64,000 nucleotides of DNA from a bacterium (lineage in GTDB: Bacteria > Patescibacteriota > CPR2 > UBA1875 > JAJYID01): contig JAUSJO010000003.1 in the NCBI GenBank assembly GCA_030647205.1, positions 10,602-74,601 of the forward strand, written 5' to 3'. Under the pieces are notes generated by a model, which was not told the DNA's origin, did no database searches, and was given only the letters and a program-made list of their open reading frames with translations. Position numbers and translations under genes: made by a program. Below, piece by piece: positions 19,521 to 29,959 of this stretch (its first letter is position 1; each line of letters begins with the position of its first letter).

Positions 19521-19900
19521 TCAAGCTTTAAAACCTGCCTGACCCTTTTCACGACGTCATCAGGCGTGTGTTTAGTTTTAATTAGATAATCCTTAATCCC
19601 AAGAGCGAAGGAGAGCTCTGAGTCCATATCTATCTTTGACTCACCCAGGTTTGTAAGGAGTATCACCGGGATGTTTCTGAGTTCACGATTCTTCTTCATT
19701 TCTTTTAGCATTTCAAGTCCGTTCATGTCCGGCATCAAAATATCAAGGATAATTATGTCGGGAGCGTTTCCTTCCAGTGTTTTTAGACCCTCTCTACCGG
19801 TAGAAGCTTTTTCAACCTTAAATCCATCCATCTCGAACTTTTCGCAGTACATTTCTTGCAGAATATTGTCGTCCTCAACGATTAAGATACTTTGTTTCAT
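19508..19900 (-). CDS. single-domain response regulator (CheY-like receiver)
   Basis: 130 aa. Acidic pocket DD...D, with the phospho-acceptor Asp in IIILDILMPDMNG, conserved T and K. No output domain. It overlaps the recO start by 13 nt. Confidence 0.85.
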   Translation of the reverse strand: MKQSILIVEDDNILQEMYCEKFEMDGFKVEKASTGREGLKTLEGNAPDIIILDILMPDMNGLEMLKEMKKNRELRNIPVILLTNLGESKIDMDSELSFALGIKDYLIKTKHTPDDVVKRVRQVLKLECKS

Positions 19901-19929
19901 TGTTTCATTCTCCTTCTTATTTGATTATT

Positions 19930-22131
19930 TTAAATTAATGGCAGTTGTTTTGCTATGGGCATTTTAACTGAAAAGGTTGTTCCTTCTCCTTGTTTACCTG
20001 AAACACCGATCTCTCCGCCGTGCGCAACAACCAGTTTCTTTGTGATATATAGGCCTAGTCCTGTTCCGCCGGCTTGGATACTCAGAGGATTATGAATCCG
20101 CGAAAACCTTCTGAAAAGCTTATCTTGGTCTTCTTTTGCTACGCCGACACCGTTATCTTTTATCGATACCTCGGCAAATTCTTTTCCTGATGTGATATTG
20201 ATCTCTACTTTTCCGCCATCAAAAGAATATTTTACGGCGTTATCTATCAAGTTACCGAGTATTTGCATAAACCTAGCTCTATCAGCCAAAATATAAATAT
20301 TAAGATTTTTGCATTGGTGCTCTGTACTACTCTTGCTTTTCTTGAGGCAACATTCAATATTTTTATTCTGCACAGTTACGGCAATCTTTTTTGTCTTAAT
20401 CTTCGCGCCAAGCTCCCGGATCATCATACAAACCGCTTCCGATAGATTTAGAGGTTCCTTGTGCAAGTTAAACTTGCCGAGCTCTATTCTCGATACATCA
20501 AGGATATCCTCAACTAACACTACCATCCTATCAGTACTTTCCTCCACTCTCGTAAGCGAACGTTCTTGTTTTTCGTTTAGCTTACCGTAGTCACTGTTTA
20601 ATGTCATAGTCAGATAGCCTTTCATGGCCGTAAGCGGGGTTCTGAGCTCGTGTGAGACCATGGACATAAACTCGTTTTTATCCTGCTCGACTTCCTTTCC
20701 CTTTGTTATGTCCTTGATATGGATAATCCCATATATTTCAGACTCCAAATCCTGCATGGCCGTTTTCATACTAATCATAACCCAGTATCTTCCGTTTTTA
20801 GTTTTGATATAGTACTCTTTTGGCCGGATAGTTCTGTGTGATGAAAAAAAGTTGTCAATTTTCTTTGAAAGAGCTTGCTGGTCTGTTGCCTTGAATCTAC
20901 TCAGGTTTTTAATCGAAGAAAGAGTTGGTGACTCAACTTCCGGATCCATTATTTTCAAAAGCGAAAAGATATTTTTCCCGCTTAGGCTTGTTTTCTTTGA
21001 ACCAAGGAGTTCACGCGCTTTTAAGTTCGCTTCGATAATTAGCTTGTCTCTTGAAAGTAGGATTATCCCATCATCAACATTATGAAAGACGGTTCTCCAT
21101 CTTTCCTTTTCCTCTATAATTTTTTTGGATGACTGTTGTCGTATAATGAATTTAGAGATTTTACTTGCTGCGAGTATAATAAGATTTTTTTCAAGGACAG
21201 AAAGGTTCTCTATGTTTTTGACACTATCCTCTATAAGGATAAAACCATTCATTTGGTTGCCTGTAGAAATCGGGTATATGGTGGTATGGCCCGTCCCCTT
21301 TCTTGTGATGAGTTCAAAATTTTGCTTTTCAGAAAGATCAAAGAAAGTGCGCTTTCTTCCGTGAGCATCGGCATACACCTTTGTTAGGCTGGCGATGAGT
21401 CTGACATTTTTGCTGTCCGTGCACTTATATAAGGGGATTGCTCGTATGGAGTCCGTGACACAGATAGATATATTGTCCACATCTACAAACTTGATCATCT
21501 CTTTTTTAATTTCTTTCAATTTTCGTCCCAGAGGGAGATCATCTTCTAAAATGTTTGGGAGGTCTTTCCTCGCCTGGAGTTCGACTCTTTGCCCCTCGGC
21601 TTCATGCAAAAGAATTATGTTTTCTAAAACACTCTCCATTTTTTTTGCAAAGACGTCTATCACTGCTTTTTGTGGCGGAAAGGAGCTTTTGTTTTGCCCG
21701 GAATAAGTTAAGTTTATAACACCTAAGACTTCGTCGTTTTTGATTATAGGAAAAGACAGGATTGCTCCGGAGCTTTTTTTGGAAATAATCTTAAATCTTT
21801 TATCTTTTTTTATATCTTCAATAAATACTCTTTTTTGGTGCTTGGCTGCCCAGCCGGCAACACCCTCGCCGAGTTTAAACGGATAAGTGGTTTTCTCACC
21901 AATTTTCCATAAGTAGTCATAGCTATCTAAAAACATGATAGTGCAACCCGAGGCTCCCGAATATTTCATGAGGAGATTCTTGGTCTTTTTGACCGAGGCG
22001 TCCATATTTTTTAAGTAAAAGTCAAAGTTTGCAATATCAAAAATGAGCTTCGTAATATCTCTACTACCAACATTACCAGCATTTCCACTTTGAAGCCCCA
22101 GTGCAGTTTCGTCTGCCTTCTCTTTTAACAT
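19930..22131 (-). CDS. sensor histidine kinase with GAF and PAS domains (cytoplasmic)
   Basis: 733 aa. H-box ELRTPLTAMKGY, N/G boxes (DNGVGV, GGTGLGL), upstream GAF and PAS-like regions. No TM helices are evident. Confidence 0.85.
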   Translation of the reverse strand: MLKEKADETALGLQSGNAGNVGSRDITKLIFDIANFDFYLKNMDASVKKTKNLLMKYSGASGCTIMFLDSYDYLWKIGEKTTYPFKLGEGVAGWAAKHQKRVFIEDIKKDKRFKIISKKSSGAILSFPIIKNDEVLGVINLTYSGQNKSSFPPQKAVIDVFAKKMESVLENIILLHEAEGQRVELQARKDLPNILEDDLPLGRKLKEIKKEMIKFVDVDNISICVTDSIRAIPLYKCTDSKNVRLIASLTKVYADAHGRKRTFFDLSEKQNFELITRKGTGHTTIYPISTGNQMNGFILIEDSVKNIENLSVLEKNLIILAASKISKFIIRQQSSKKIIEEKERWRTVFHNVDDGIILLSRDKLIIEANLKARELLGSKKTSLSGKNIFSLLKIMDPEVESPTLSSIKNLSRFKATDQQALSKKIDNFFSSHRTIRPKEYYIKTKNGRYWVMISMKTAMQDLESEIYGIIHIKDITKGKEVEQDKNEFMSMVSHELRTPLTAMKGYLTMTLNSDYGKLNEKQERSLTRVEESTDRMVVLVEDILDVSRIELGKFNLHKEPLNLSEAVCMMIRELGAKIKTKKIAVTVQNKNIECCLKKSKSSTEHQCKNLNIYILADRARFMQILGNLIDNAVKYSFDGGKVEINITSGKEFAEVSIKDNGVGVAKEDQDKLFRRFSRIHNPLSIQAGGTGLGLYITKKLVVAHGGEIGVSGKQGEGTTFSVKMPIAKQLPLI

Positions 22132-22220
22132 GTACTTAACAATAGTCTTTATTTATATTTCAAGCATTGTAAAAAAAATCAAAAACTTGCCTTTTGGCCA
22201 TACTATTTTTGTAAGAATAA

Positions 22221-24422
22221 CTAGTTGTTTTGAGTTTTATTCGTAGTTTTTTTATCAGTTGGAATAGTTTTGATCTTTTTATTAAAGACATTAAGATAAG
22301 AAAAGTCAGGCTTTAGGGTTGGTTCTTTTCCTGGGAGAAAGTATTCTAGCACATAAGGGCTGCCGTCTCTTGGAGCTTTTGCGAAAGTATAAGGATTGAC
22401 CCAAACCTCACTTAAGTTTTTGGGTTTCTCAAATGCAATATCAGGTCTGCTTTTTATGAGTCCGTCCATCACATCATGCCATATATATGCTGCACCCTCA
22501 ATACCACTAATCTGCCCCATTTTGCTTCGGTCATTGTTGCCCATCCAAACACCAACTGTTATTTCCGGGGTATAGCCCACCGTCCATGAGTCAGCATAGC
22601 TGTCGGTGGTTCCCGTTTTTGCCGCTACGGTGTGTCCTTTTATTTCAAGTTTGTTGCCATATCCAAACACTTTTTGTCTTGCTTTTGTGTCAGATAAAAT
22701 GCTTGTAGTCATATAAGCGACTCGTGGATCAAGAACCTCTTTTTTCTGTCGAGTGACCCTGTAGATGTTCTCATCTCTGTTGTCCAGCACTTTGCTTATC
22801 CCGGAAGGCATAGTTCGTTTTCCGCCGTCAGAAAGAGTTGAGTATGCCTCAACAAGATCGAGCAGTTTTACTTCCCCGCTTCCGAGACTTAGGGAAAGTC
22901 CATAGTTTTTAGGGTCATTATCCAGGGTTGTTATGCCCATGGCCTCAGCAGTTTTTATAACATTATCGATGCCTGCAAGCTGACCCATCTCGACTGTCGG
23001 AATATTGAGAGAGTTAGCGAGGGCATTTCTCGCGGATATATTCCCCATGTAACCGCCATTATAGTTTTTGGGAATATATGGAGGGATTCCACCGAAGTTA
23101 ATGGACTGATCTATCAGTTTTGTTAACGGGGAGTACCCTTGCAAAAATCCTGCAGAGTAGACTATTGGCTTAAACGACGAACCCGGTTGCCTCTCGGAAG
23201 TTGCAACATTGACTTTACTTTTCTCCCAGTCAACTCCGCCAACCATTGCTAAAACATCATTTGTTTTGTTGTCCATTACCACTACTGCCGAGTTTGAAAC
23301 ATGCGCATACTTAAATTTATTCACATATTCTTTAGCCTTTGCTTCGGCCAGATCCTGTTTTTCGGGGTCAAGAGTTGTATAGACCTTTAATCCCCCTGTC
23401 TCTACAAGTTCTGAGCCGTATAGACCGATTAGCTCTTGTTTTACATACTGTATGAAGTAAGGATATTTCATAGTGCTTGATCTCTCTCCACTCAAGGTTA
23501 GAGACTCATTGACTGCTTTTTTACCATCGTCTTCTGTGATGTATTTTTCCAATATCATCTGCTGAAGCACATATTCATGCCTCTTCTTACCATTTTCATA
23601 ATCTCCGCTAATGAGTGAATATCTGCTTGGTGCTGCCGGGAGCCCTGCGAGATAGCTGGACTCTGCAAGATCCAAATCTTTTAAGTCTTTCCCAAAATAT
23701 ATTTTTGCGGCATTTTTTATACCCTGGGCCTGTTCACCATAATAAATGCTATTTAGATATTGCTCCAGAATCTGGTCCTTAGACATCCTTTTCTCAAGCT
23801 CATATGAATATACGAGCTCTTTAAGTTTTCTCTCAAAGCTTTTTTCACCGGCAAGATATCTGTTTTTCACAAGCTGTTGGGTAATACTTGACCCTCCTTG
23901 TGAGTATTCGCTTTCAACAAAGAGGCCTGATAGTTTTGTTAATCCTGGTTTATCGCTTGCTTGATAATTTCGAAGAGCAGCTCTTAGTATTCCTTTGGCG
24001 TCGACCGGTCCGTGATTATAAAAATCCTTATCTTCAGCGGCTAATGTTGCCTTTTTTATAACGTCGGGAATTTGATCTAGAGGAACATAGTCTGGGTCGC
24101 TGGTTCCGAACCCCTCGTATATCACATTTCCGTTCTTGTCATAAAAAACAGCCTGTGTTCCCCCGCTTTTAGGTTTGGCGCTTTTAAAATCATTCGCATA
24201 CTTGAAATATATTCCTATAAGGAAGAACCCCAATGTTAAAAAACCAATTATAAAAAATATTAAAAGAGTTCTCCCAAGTACGGCAAAAGTCTTGGATAGA
24301 ATGTGCTTAAAAACAACCCACCACTGTTTTACAAACTTTTTACTGTCTGTCCCCTTCTTTTTTTTGTGGGGCTCGTGATGCTGTGTTTTTTTATTCTGAG
24401 ATTCGTGATCACCCTCAACCAT
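22221..24422 (-). CDS. class A penicillin-binding protein (transglycosylase/transpeptidase, PBP1A-like)
   Basis: 733 aa. Basic N-terminus plus a TM helix, a GT51 motif region (GSSITQQLVKNRYL), SxxK (SSFKP) and KTGT in the TPase domain. Confidence 0.9.
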   Translation of the reverse strand: MVEGDHESQNKKTQHHEPHKKKKGTDSKKFVKQWWVVFKHILSKTFAVLGRTLLIFFIIGFLTLGFFLIGIYFKYANDFKSAKPKSGGTQAVFYDKNGNVIYEGFGTSDPDYVPLDQIPDVIKKATLAAEDKDFYNHGPVDAKGILRAALRNYQASDKPGLTKLSGLFVESEYSQGGSSITQQLVKNRYLAGEKSFERKLKELVYSYELEKRMSKDQILEQYLNSIYYGEQAQGIKNAAKIYFGKDLKDLDLAESSYLAGLPAAPSRYSLISGDYENGKKRHEYVLQQMILEKYITEDDGKKAVNESLTLSGERSSTMKYPYFIQYVKQELIGLYGSELVETGGLKVYTTLDPEKQDLAEAKAKEYVNKFKYAHVSNSAVVVMDNKTNDVLAMVGGVDWEKSKVNVATSERQPGSSFKPIVYSAGFLQGYSPLTKLIDQSINFGGIPPYIPKNYNGGYMGNISARNALANSLNIPTVEMGQLAGIDNVIKTAEAMGITTLDNDPKNYGLSLSLGSGEVKLLDLVEAYSTLSDGGKRTMPSGISKVLDNRDENIYRVTRQKKEVLDPRVAYMTTSILSDTKARQKVFGYGNKLEIKGHTVAAKTGTTDSYADSWTVGYTPEITVGVWMGNNDRSKMGQISGIEGAAYIWHDVMDGLIKSRPDIAFEKPKNLSEVWVNPYTFAKAPRDGSPYVLEYFLPGKEPTLKPDFSYLNVFNKKIKTIPTDKKTTNKTQNN

Positions 24423-25690
24423 ATCGAAATTTATTTAATAACTAGCTTCTAATAAGTTAATTGTAATAGCAAAAGATGTTTTTGTTAAGAAGTAAAATGA
24501 CAAAAATAAAAAACTCTCACATAAGTGAGAGAAATGATTCGGGGCGACACACAGTGTCGGTGTCGCCCCGTGACAGATTCTTTTTTTTGTGAATCCTGTC
24601 AGTGTTGGAGAGTTAGGCATACTCCCCGAGTAACAATAAACCAAATTTTGAAGTGTGAGGCTGGGTGCCTCCAAGTCTTTATCCTTGCACCGGGCTGTAT
24701 CCTCGGGAAAAATGTTTTTCCCTGAAGGACGAAAAAAGCGTCGGTTCGTCAGAATAAATCGTTGGAGGGCACCCTCGCGCTCAATCTGTTTTTCCTCCAC
24801 GGAAGGTGAGTCATCGGTCAGTCTAAATGTGCCTAGTTACAAAAACCAAAACGGTTCTTGTAGTGACTGAAAGAAGCTCGACGATGCGTATTGGAAGGTA
24901 CCGGTTACCGGTACGAGTGGGTGGTTATAAGGTCACCCTAAAGCAATTTAATTATTCTGAGACATACCCGTAAAGGATATGCCTCTAGCGTCTCAGACCC
25001 ATCCTTGTTTCTCCTTTCAACGCGGCCAGGCATCGGAGATATAGATCGGTCTCCCCAAAGGGGAATATGGGTTGCTCCTTGCACCATCAATGTACCATAT
25101 GTCAAACTGGTACCACCTCTATTTGGTGTTGAAAATGTGCGTAAGGGCTAACCCTAATGAAAAGTATTATATCAAAAGTTCTTATGTTAGTCAAGAGTTT
25201 TTTAAAATAAGGAAATGTTTCCTTTGACTTTTTATAAAGAGAGCGGCCCTATGATAGGGCCGCAAGTGGGGAGTTGTAATAAGGCCCTGGCTGGGCCGGC
25301 AAACAACTTCTGTTGGAGGTAGGCACTCCTCCCAAATTTCTTAAATTTTATGGGTGGCCCCTGTTTCGGGGAACGGGGCCACCCTGCCGGTTCCTGTTTT
25401 TGTGTTTCTTTTGGTGAGCGGGCCTGCTGGAGCAGTTAAATTCCCGGATCGTTGAGATTGGATTAACAGGTAAACCTGATCTCAATTTTTGAAATATTTA
25501 GGGTACTTATCTGGTTGGTTTTATATCTTCCCAGCCTTGATAAAAAGTTTGGCTCTAGGGCCGCCGGATATCCTCTGTTTTACTTCGTTGGGAGCTTGCC
25601 CCCTCCTACTTCCAAAGCCTATCCGACGACCCAGAACGTTTAGAGCGACCAAAAGTATACTAAATTTTTATCCCCAAGTCAATGGTCTTT
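24423..25690. other. 1.27-kb noncoding region dense in GC-rich stem-loops (candidate large structured RNA, unassigned)
   Basis: No credible ORF. Contains many perfect stems, e.g. GGGGCGACAC/GTGTCGCCCC at 24541, GTACCGG/CCGGTAC, GCGGCCCTA/TAGGGCCGC at 25241, GGGTGGCCCC/GGGGCCACCC at 25352, GGAGG/CCTCC and GAGAT/ATCTC. Local GC is far above background. Confidence 0.3.
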
Positions 25691-26536
25691 CTAGAAATCC
25701 TTATGCAACTCAATACCAAAAGTAGTGTTTAAAGTCATCAAAGTACCGTAGAGAGGTGCTTTGTCTCCAATACTTGACTCAAGGAGAGTAATATTATTTA
25801 CGAATCCCTTAAGTCTTTTTTCAAGGTTTTTAATAAAGTCCGGGTGTTTGATGATGACATTCCCATCTAAAATCAAGTAATCTACCGGATGTTTTTCCAG
25901 TATCTTCAAGATTCCTTTTTCCATGCATTCTAAAACAGTATCCCACTCTTCCCTGCTCAACTCTGACATTTTTTTATTTAACCTTTTCTCTACAGCATAC
26001 CCACCAACATAGCTTTCTATGCAGTCGACTTTGCCGCATCTACACTTACGGCCATCACCTCCTATGTTTAAATGGCCGGGCTCGTACTCGTAAACCACAA
26101 GTTGATTACCCAACTTCTCAACGGTTACTCCTCCAAGCCCTGTCCCCCAAGTCAAAAATGTAAAAGATTTTAGGTTTTTACCGTTTCCCCAAACGGATTC
26201 AGCAATTCCTCCTGCTGTTCCGTCGTTAATAATGTTAACGGGAATTTTATATTCAGATTTTAAGTCGGAGAGAAGGCTCTCTGCCTTCCATGCGGGAATG
26301 TTTGGATCAACCACTGTTTTCCCGTCGGCACTTATTCCGGAAGCTATGGATACTCCGATGGCATCAAGTTTTTCATTATTGCTAAACTTACTAATAGCAT
26401 CAGTTATATTCCGAAGTCCTCTTGTATAGTCTTCTTTGGTTTTGAATTTTATATATTCAGTCAGTGTATTTGAATCAAGAGATGTAAAAGAACCGACTCG
26501 AGTGTTTGTTCCACCAATGTCTAATGCGATATACAT
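25691..26536 (-). CDS. ROK-family sugar kinase (glucokinase-like)
   Basis: 281 aa. Starts MYIALDIGGTNTRVG, the ATP-binding motif. Has the ROK zinc motif CRCGKVDCIESYVGG. Confidence 0.85.
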   Translation of the reverse strand: MYIALDIGGTNTRVGSFTSLDSNTLTEYIKFKTKEDYTRGLRNITDAISKFSNNEKLDAIGVSIASGISADGKTVVDPNIPAWKAESLLSDLKSEYKIPVNIINDGTAGGIAESVWGNGKNLKSFTFLTWGTGLGGVTVEKLGNQLVVYEYEPGHLNIGGDGRKCRCGKVDCIESYVGGYAVEKRLNKKMSELSREEWDTVLECMEKGILKILEKHPVDYLILDGNVIIKHPDFIKNLEKRLKGFVNNITLLESSIGDKAPLYGTLMTLNTTFGIELHKDF

Positions 26537-26537
26537 A

Positions 26538-26819
26538 TTACCTTTTTACTTTCAGAAACGCCCCTCGGCCCCTTTCTTCATAAACGATCTGCCACCATTT
26601 TCTGCCGACAGGGACTCCAAACATTGCTCCGATAATGGCTAGTATTCCACCTACGACTTCAGATGTGCGGTCATTCATTTCTAAAAGTGTGCCATTAAAG
26701 TTTATAAGGACAAAAATTAGATATATCAAAGCAGCGACTGAGGCCAAAAGAATCATTACCATGATGATATAGATAATCCTCTTTTGCTTTTTACCGATTT
26801 TATTTTCTGTTTTTATCAT
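26538..26819 (-). CDS. small membrane protein (hypothetical)
   Basis: 93 aa with two hydrophobic helices. It overlaps the downstream end of the kinase gene. Confidence 0.4.
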   Translation of the reverse strand: MIKTENKIGKKQKRIIYIIMVMILLASVAALIYLIFVLINFNGTLLEMNDRTSEVVGGILAIIGAMFGVPVGRKWWQIVYEERGRGAFLKVKR

Positions 26820-28905
26820 TATCCTCGGATGTTGTTAATGATATATAAAATGTGGTTCCCTTCCCTTCGGCACTCTCGAACCAAATACGCCCATGGTGCG
26901 CTTGTATAATAAGTTTCGCCAAGTAAAGACCGAGACCCACTCCCTCATATTCATAAGTATATGTGCTGGTTCCGCGATTGAACTTCTGGAAAACATTTAC
27001 CTTTTCATTTTTTGCTATTCCGATGCCGGTATCTTCTATGGTTATGATAACCTCTTTCCTGCCAATGGTAGGTTGTTTTGTATCATCAATTATTTTTTCC
27101 AAGACAACTTTCCCACCTTCTTTGTTGAATTTTATTGCATTTTCTAAAACTGCAATAAATGCTTGTTTGAGTTTGGCCTGGTCGCCAATGGTTTTGACTC
27201 TTTCATTACCAATTTTATTTTCTATTTTTATGTTTTTAGCGTTTGCCTGTGAAGAAACTTCCTCCAGAACGTTTTCAATAATTGCCGTTAAATCCACCGA
27301 GTCTTTTTCTATCTTTACCCCTTGAGTCTCAAGTGATGTTATATTCACAAGGCCTTCAGTAAGTGATGTTAGGGCCGTTGCACTGCGCTCGGCTTTTTGT
27401 AATGTTTCTTTTTGTTTCTTTGTTAACTTTTCAGCCCCAAGCATATCCAAGTAACCTCTTAAGGTTGTAAGCGGAGTCCTTAGATTATGTGAGGCAATAG
27501 CAATAAACTCATTTTTTAACTTATCCATTTTCATAAGGTCATTGATCTGTTTTTGTAGTGTCTGAGACATGTTGGTAAAGACATTAGCCAGAACCATGAG
27601 TTCATCGTTGCTTTTAACTCGTATTTGCGTGTTAAAGTCCCCTTCCGCAATCCTCTTTGAGGCGTCGGTGATTTTTTTAATAGGGGTTATAATATTTATT
27701 CTTGTAAACATTAGAGTCATGAATCCGGTAAGGATAAATACAGCTGCTATCACTACAGACGAGTAAACGATCTGCTTGTTAAACTCTGCGCTGATTTTTG
27801 AATAATCTGATGAGACAACCAGATAGCCTTTTTGAGGGGCTAAACTTACAACGGTATCTAAAAACTCGCTGCCGTTTTCTTTATACTTTATATCCCAGCC
27901 ATATCCATCCTTTGTTTTGTCGCTATCTGCAAATGTACGGTATTTTGTATCTTCCTTTTTTTTCTCCGAATGATGCAGAACCGTTCCGTCAGAGTCTATA
28001 AAGAAAACTGATATTTCATGTTGATAGGTATCTGTGAGACTATCGGCCATCTGGTAGGAGCTCTCCAGATTCCCATCTTTAATATATTCCCTTACGTGTT
28101 CGACAATGTGTCGATTGGTATGGAATGTTTCTTCATAGCGCCGTTGTGTATAAGAAATACCTATGTAAGATCCAATTATTATTGCGCTCACGGTAAAATA
28201 TAAGAAAGTGTGTATAATAATTTTTGTTCCGAGAGATATCTGTTTGTTGATAAAGTAAAGAACCCCATAAATCAAAATGATTATAGCAAGAAACAGGCCG
28301 ATAAAAGTAAGTTCAAGCTGCCGGACTGTTCCAATAAGTGTTTGTCCGGCTGAGTAGTATGATGCTTTGCTGAGTAAAAACGTATGCAAAAAAACAGTAA
28401 CAAGGGCTAAATAACCAAAGAACCGTAAATACAAAGATTGCTTGCTGCCGAGCTTCTTGGATGCAAACTGGATAAGTCCGGCAAAGAGTATTACCAAGAT
28501 TAAAACGGATACTTTAGCGAAAAGTATGGAAAGACTTTCTTTTGAGAGCCACTCGCTTGGGAACTCATTGGTTAGAACGAGTACCACAAGTGCTACGTGC
28601 ATAAGCGCGTTAACAAGTCCAATAACACCCATTCCTCTTCCTGCGTGAACAAGTTTTTTTGCACCGGTACTATACTGAGCGACTGTTTCAAAAATAACGA
28701 AAATTCCAAGTAGTAAAAAAGCGTTTAGAGCTAGGGCCTTATTGCCGGATATAATAATATTCAAATGTTGCTTGGAGACCATGACTTGGAGCACGAAAAA
28801 CAATAGAAAGGATAGCGTAGCAACCATTATAGCTGCAAAAAGGCTTTTGCCGTTACCCTCCGTTTTGTCAAGTATAGGTTTTTCAGGCTCATTCGGAATA
28901 TTCAT
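26800..28905 (-). CDS. membrane-bound sensor histidine kinase (multi-TM sensor, HAMP, HisKA, HATPase)
   Basis: 701 aa. About 6 N-terminal TM helices, a second TM pair flanking a periplasmic-type loop, H-box ASHNLRTPLTTLRGY and G-box GVGLGLYLAKL. No adjacent response regulator. Confidence 0.85.
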   Translation of the reverse strand: MNIPNEPEKPILDKTEGNGKSLFAAIMVATLSFLLFFVLQVMVSKQHLNIIISGNKALALNAFLLLGIFVIFETVAQYSTGAKKLVHAGRGMGVIGLVNALMHVALVVLVLTNEFPSEWLSKESLSILFAKVSVLILVILFAGLIQFASKKLGSKQSLYLRFFGYLALVTVFLHTFLLSKASYYSAGQTLIGTVRQLELTFIGLFLAIIILIYGVLYFINKQISLGTKIIIHTFLYFTVSAIIIGSYIGISYTQRRYEETFHTNRHIVEHVREYIKDGNLESSYQMADSLTDTYQHEISVFFIDSDGTVLHHSEKKKEDTKYRTFADSDKTKDGYGWDIKYKENGSEFLDTVVSLAPQKGYLVVSSDYSKISAEFNKQIVYSSVVIAAVFILTGFMTLMFTRINIITPIKKITDASKRIAEGDFNTQIRVKSNDELMVLANVFTNMSQTLQKQINDLMKMDKLKNEFIAIASHNLRTPLTTLRGYLDMLGAEKLTKKQKETLQKAERSATALTSLTEGLVNITSLETQGVKIEKDSVDLTAIIENVLEEVSSQANAKNIKIENKIGNERVKTIGDQAKLKQAFIAVLENAIKFNKEGGKVVLEKIIDDTKQPTIGRKEVIITIEDTGIGIAKNEKVNVFQKFNRGTSTYTYEYEGVGLGLYLAKLIIQAHHGRIWFESAEGKGTTFYISLTTSEDNDKNRK

Positions 28906-29020
28906 GCTAAACGTATTCTAACATAAACATATCTTTAGTATAAAGAATATTTTTTAAAAAAATATATTTACAGAAGATATTGAAAAGATTATGATTTTAT
29001 TATAAACAAAGGAAATTATT

Positions 29021-29959
29021 ATGGCAGATACATCAAGCCCGGTTGCCGGAGGAATGGATAACAAGAAAAGTTTAGATTATGTTGGCATTTTAAAAAATGC
29101 ATTTAACATAGTTCGACATAACAGGTATTTATGGTACTTGGGCATTTTGGCCGGGACTGCAGGGTCTGGTTATGGCGGAAACTTTGGAGGCTCTTCTGGT
29201 CGGACAAATAGTAGTGGAGATTTAGACGTTAACCAGGTTTGGACAGAGGCTCTCAAATGGATTCAGGCGCACATAGTATTGATTATTGTAGTATCTTCTA
29301 TTTTGCTTATTTTATGCATAGTTTTCACAGTGCTTTCAAATATGGCCAAAGCCGGTCTTGTCCACTCTGTTGATAGTCTTTCCAGAAATGAAGAAAGCTC
29401 ATTTGGCAAGGCTATGAAGTTTGGTTGGCATAAGTTTTGGCGGGTTTTTGGTTCAGGATTTTTGATTGGACTAGCTGTTTTAGGGATAATCATTTTACTT
29501 ATGGTCCCTATAGTTGCGGTCTTGTTTATCAATCCTTTGGCCTCTATACCAATAGTTTTAATTGCGTTACCTGTCATGTTTTTTGTTACAGTCATCTCTG
29601 GAATTATTTATCAGTATTCACTTAGGTATATCTCCCTAAAGGATGAGAAAGTAATAGTATCAATAAAAAGTGGATATGGCCTTTTAAAGAGGAAGAAAAA
29701 AGATACCGCACTTATATGGCTTATAGCAGCCGGGGTATCAATGGTTTTTGGTATTGCCCTCGTATTCGCTATCTTACTTGTTGCTCTCATCTTGTTTCTG
29801 CTTGGACTGCTTCTCTTTATAATTTCTCAATTCGCCGGTATTATTTATGTGGTTGTTGCTGCAACAGCATTCATAGTATTTTTGTTTGTAGCAGGAGGGT
29901 TTATCAGTTCTCTAGTTTCCGCATACTGGACGCTTTGTTTTAAAGAAATGATAGAATAA
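29021..29959 (+). CDS. polytopic membrane protein (hypothetical)
   Basis: 312 aa with a Gly-rich N-terminus and ~6 TM helices. It is followed by a terminator hairpin with an A-run upstream and a T-run downstream at ~29983-30013. Confidence 0.5.
   Translation: MADTSSPVAGGMDNKKSLDYVGILKNAFNIVRHNRYLWYLGILAGTAGSGYGGNFGGSSGRTNSSGDLDVNQVWTEALKWIQAHIVLIIVVSSILLILCIVFTVLSNMAKAGLVHSVDSLSRNEESSFGKAMKFGWHKFWRVFGSGFLIGLAVLGIIILLMVPIVAVLFINPLASIPIVLIALPVMFFVTVISGIIYQYSLRYISLKDEKVIVSIKSGYGLLKRKKKDTALIWLIAAGVSMVFGIALVFAILLVALILFLLGLLLFIISQFAGIIYVVVAATAFIVFLFVAGGFISSLVSAYWTLCFKEMIE

Noticed and set aside
24423-25690. RNase P RNA, tmRNA or group II intron in the large noncoding region
   Set aside because: None of these was found on either strand: the P4 GGAAAGTCC / ACAGNRA motifs of RNase P, the tmRNA tRNA-like 3' end (GGTTCGANTCC...CCACCA) or alanine-terminated tag frame, or a group II domain V (RAGC...GAAA...GTACGG). 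The region is left as unassigned.
24435-25725. ORF-track entries inside the 1.27-kb noncoding region (24435-24800, 24525-24725, 24655-24870, 25489-25725)
   Set aside because: They are short, mutually overlapping on both strands, and low-complexity or Cys/Arg-rich in a way typical of GC-rich noncoding DNA. They have no SD sequences and no plausible domains.
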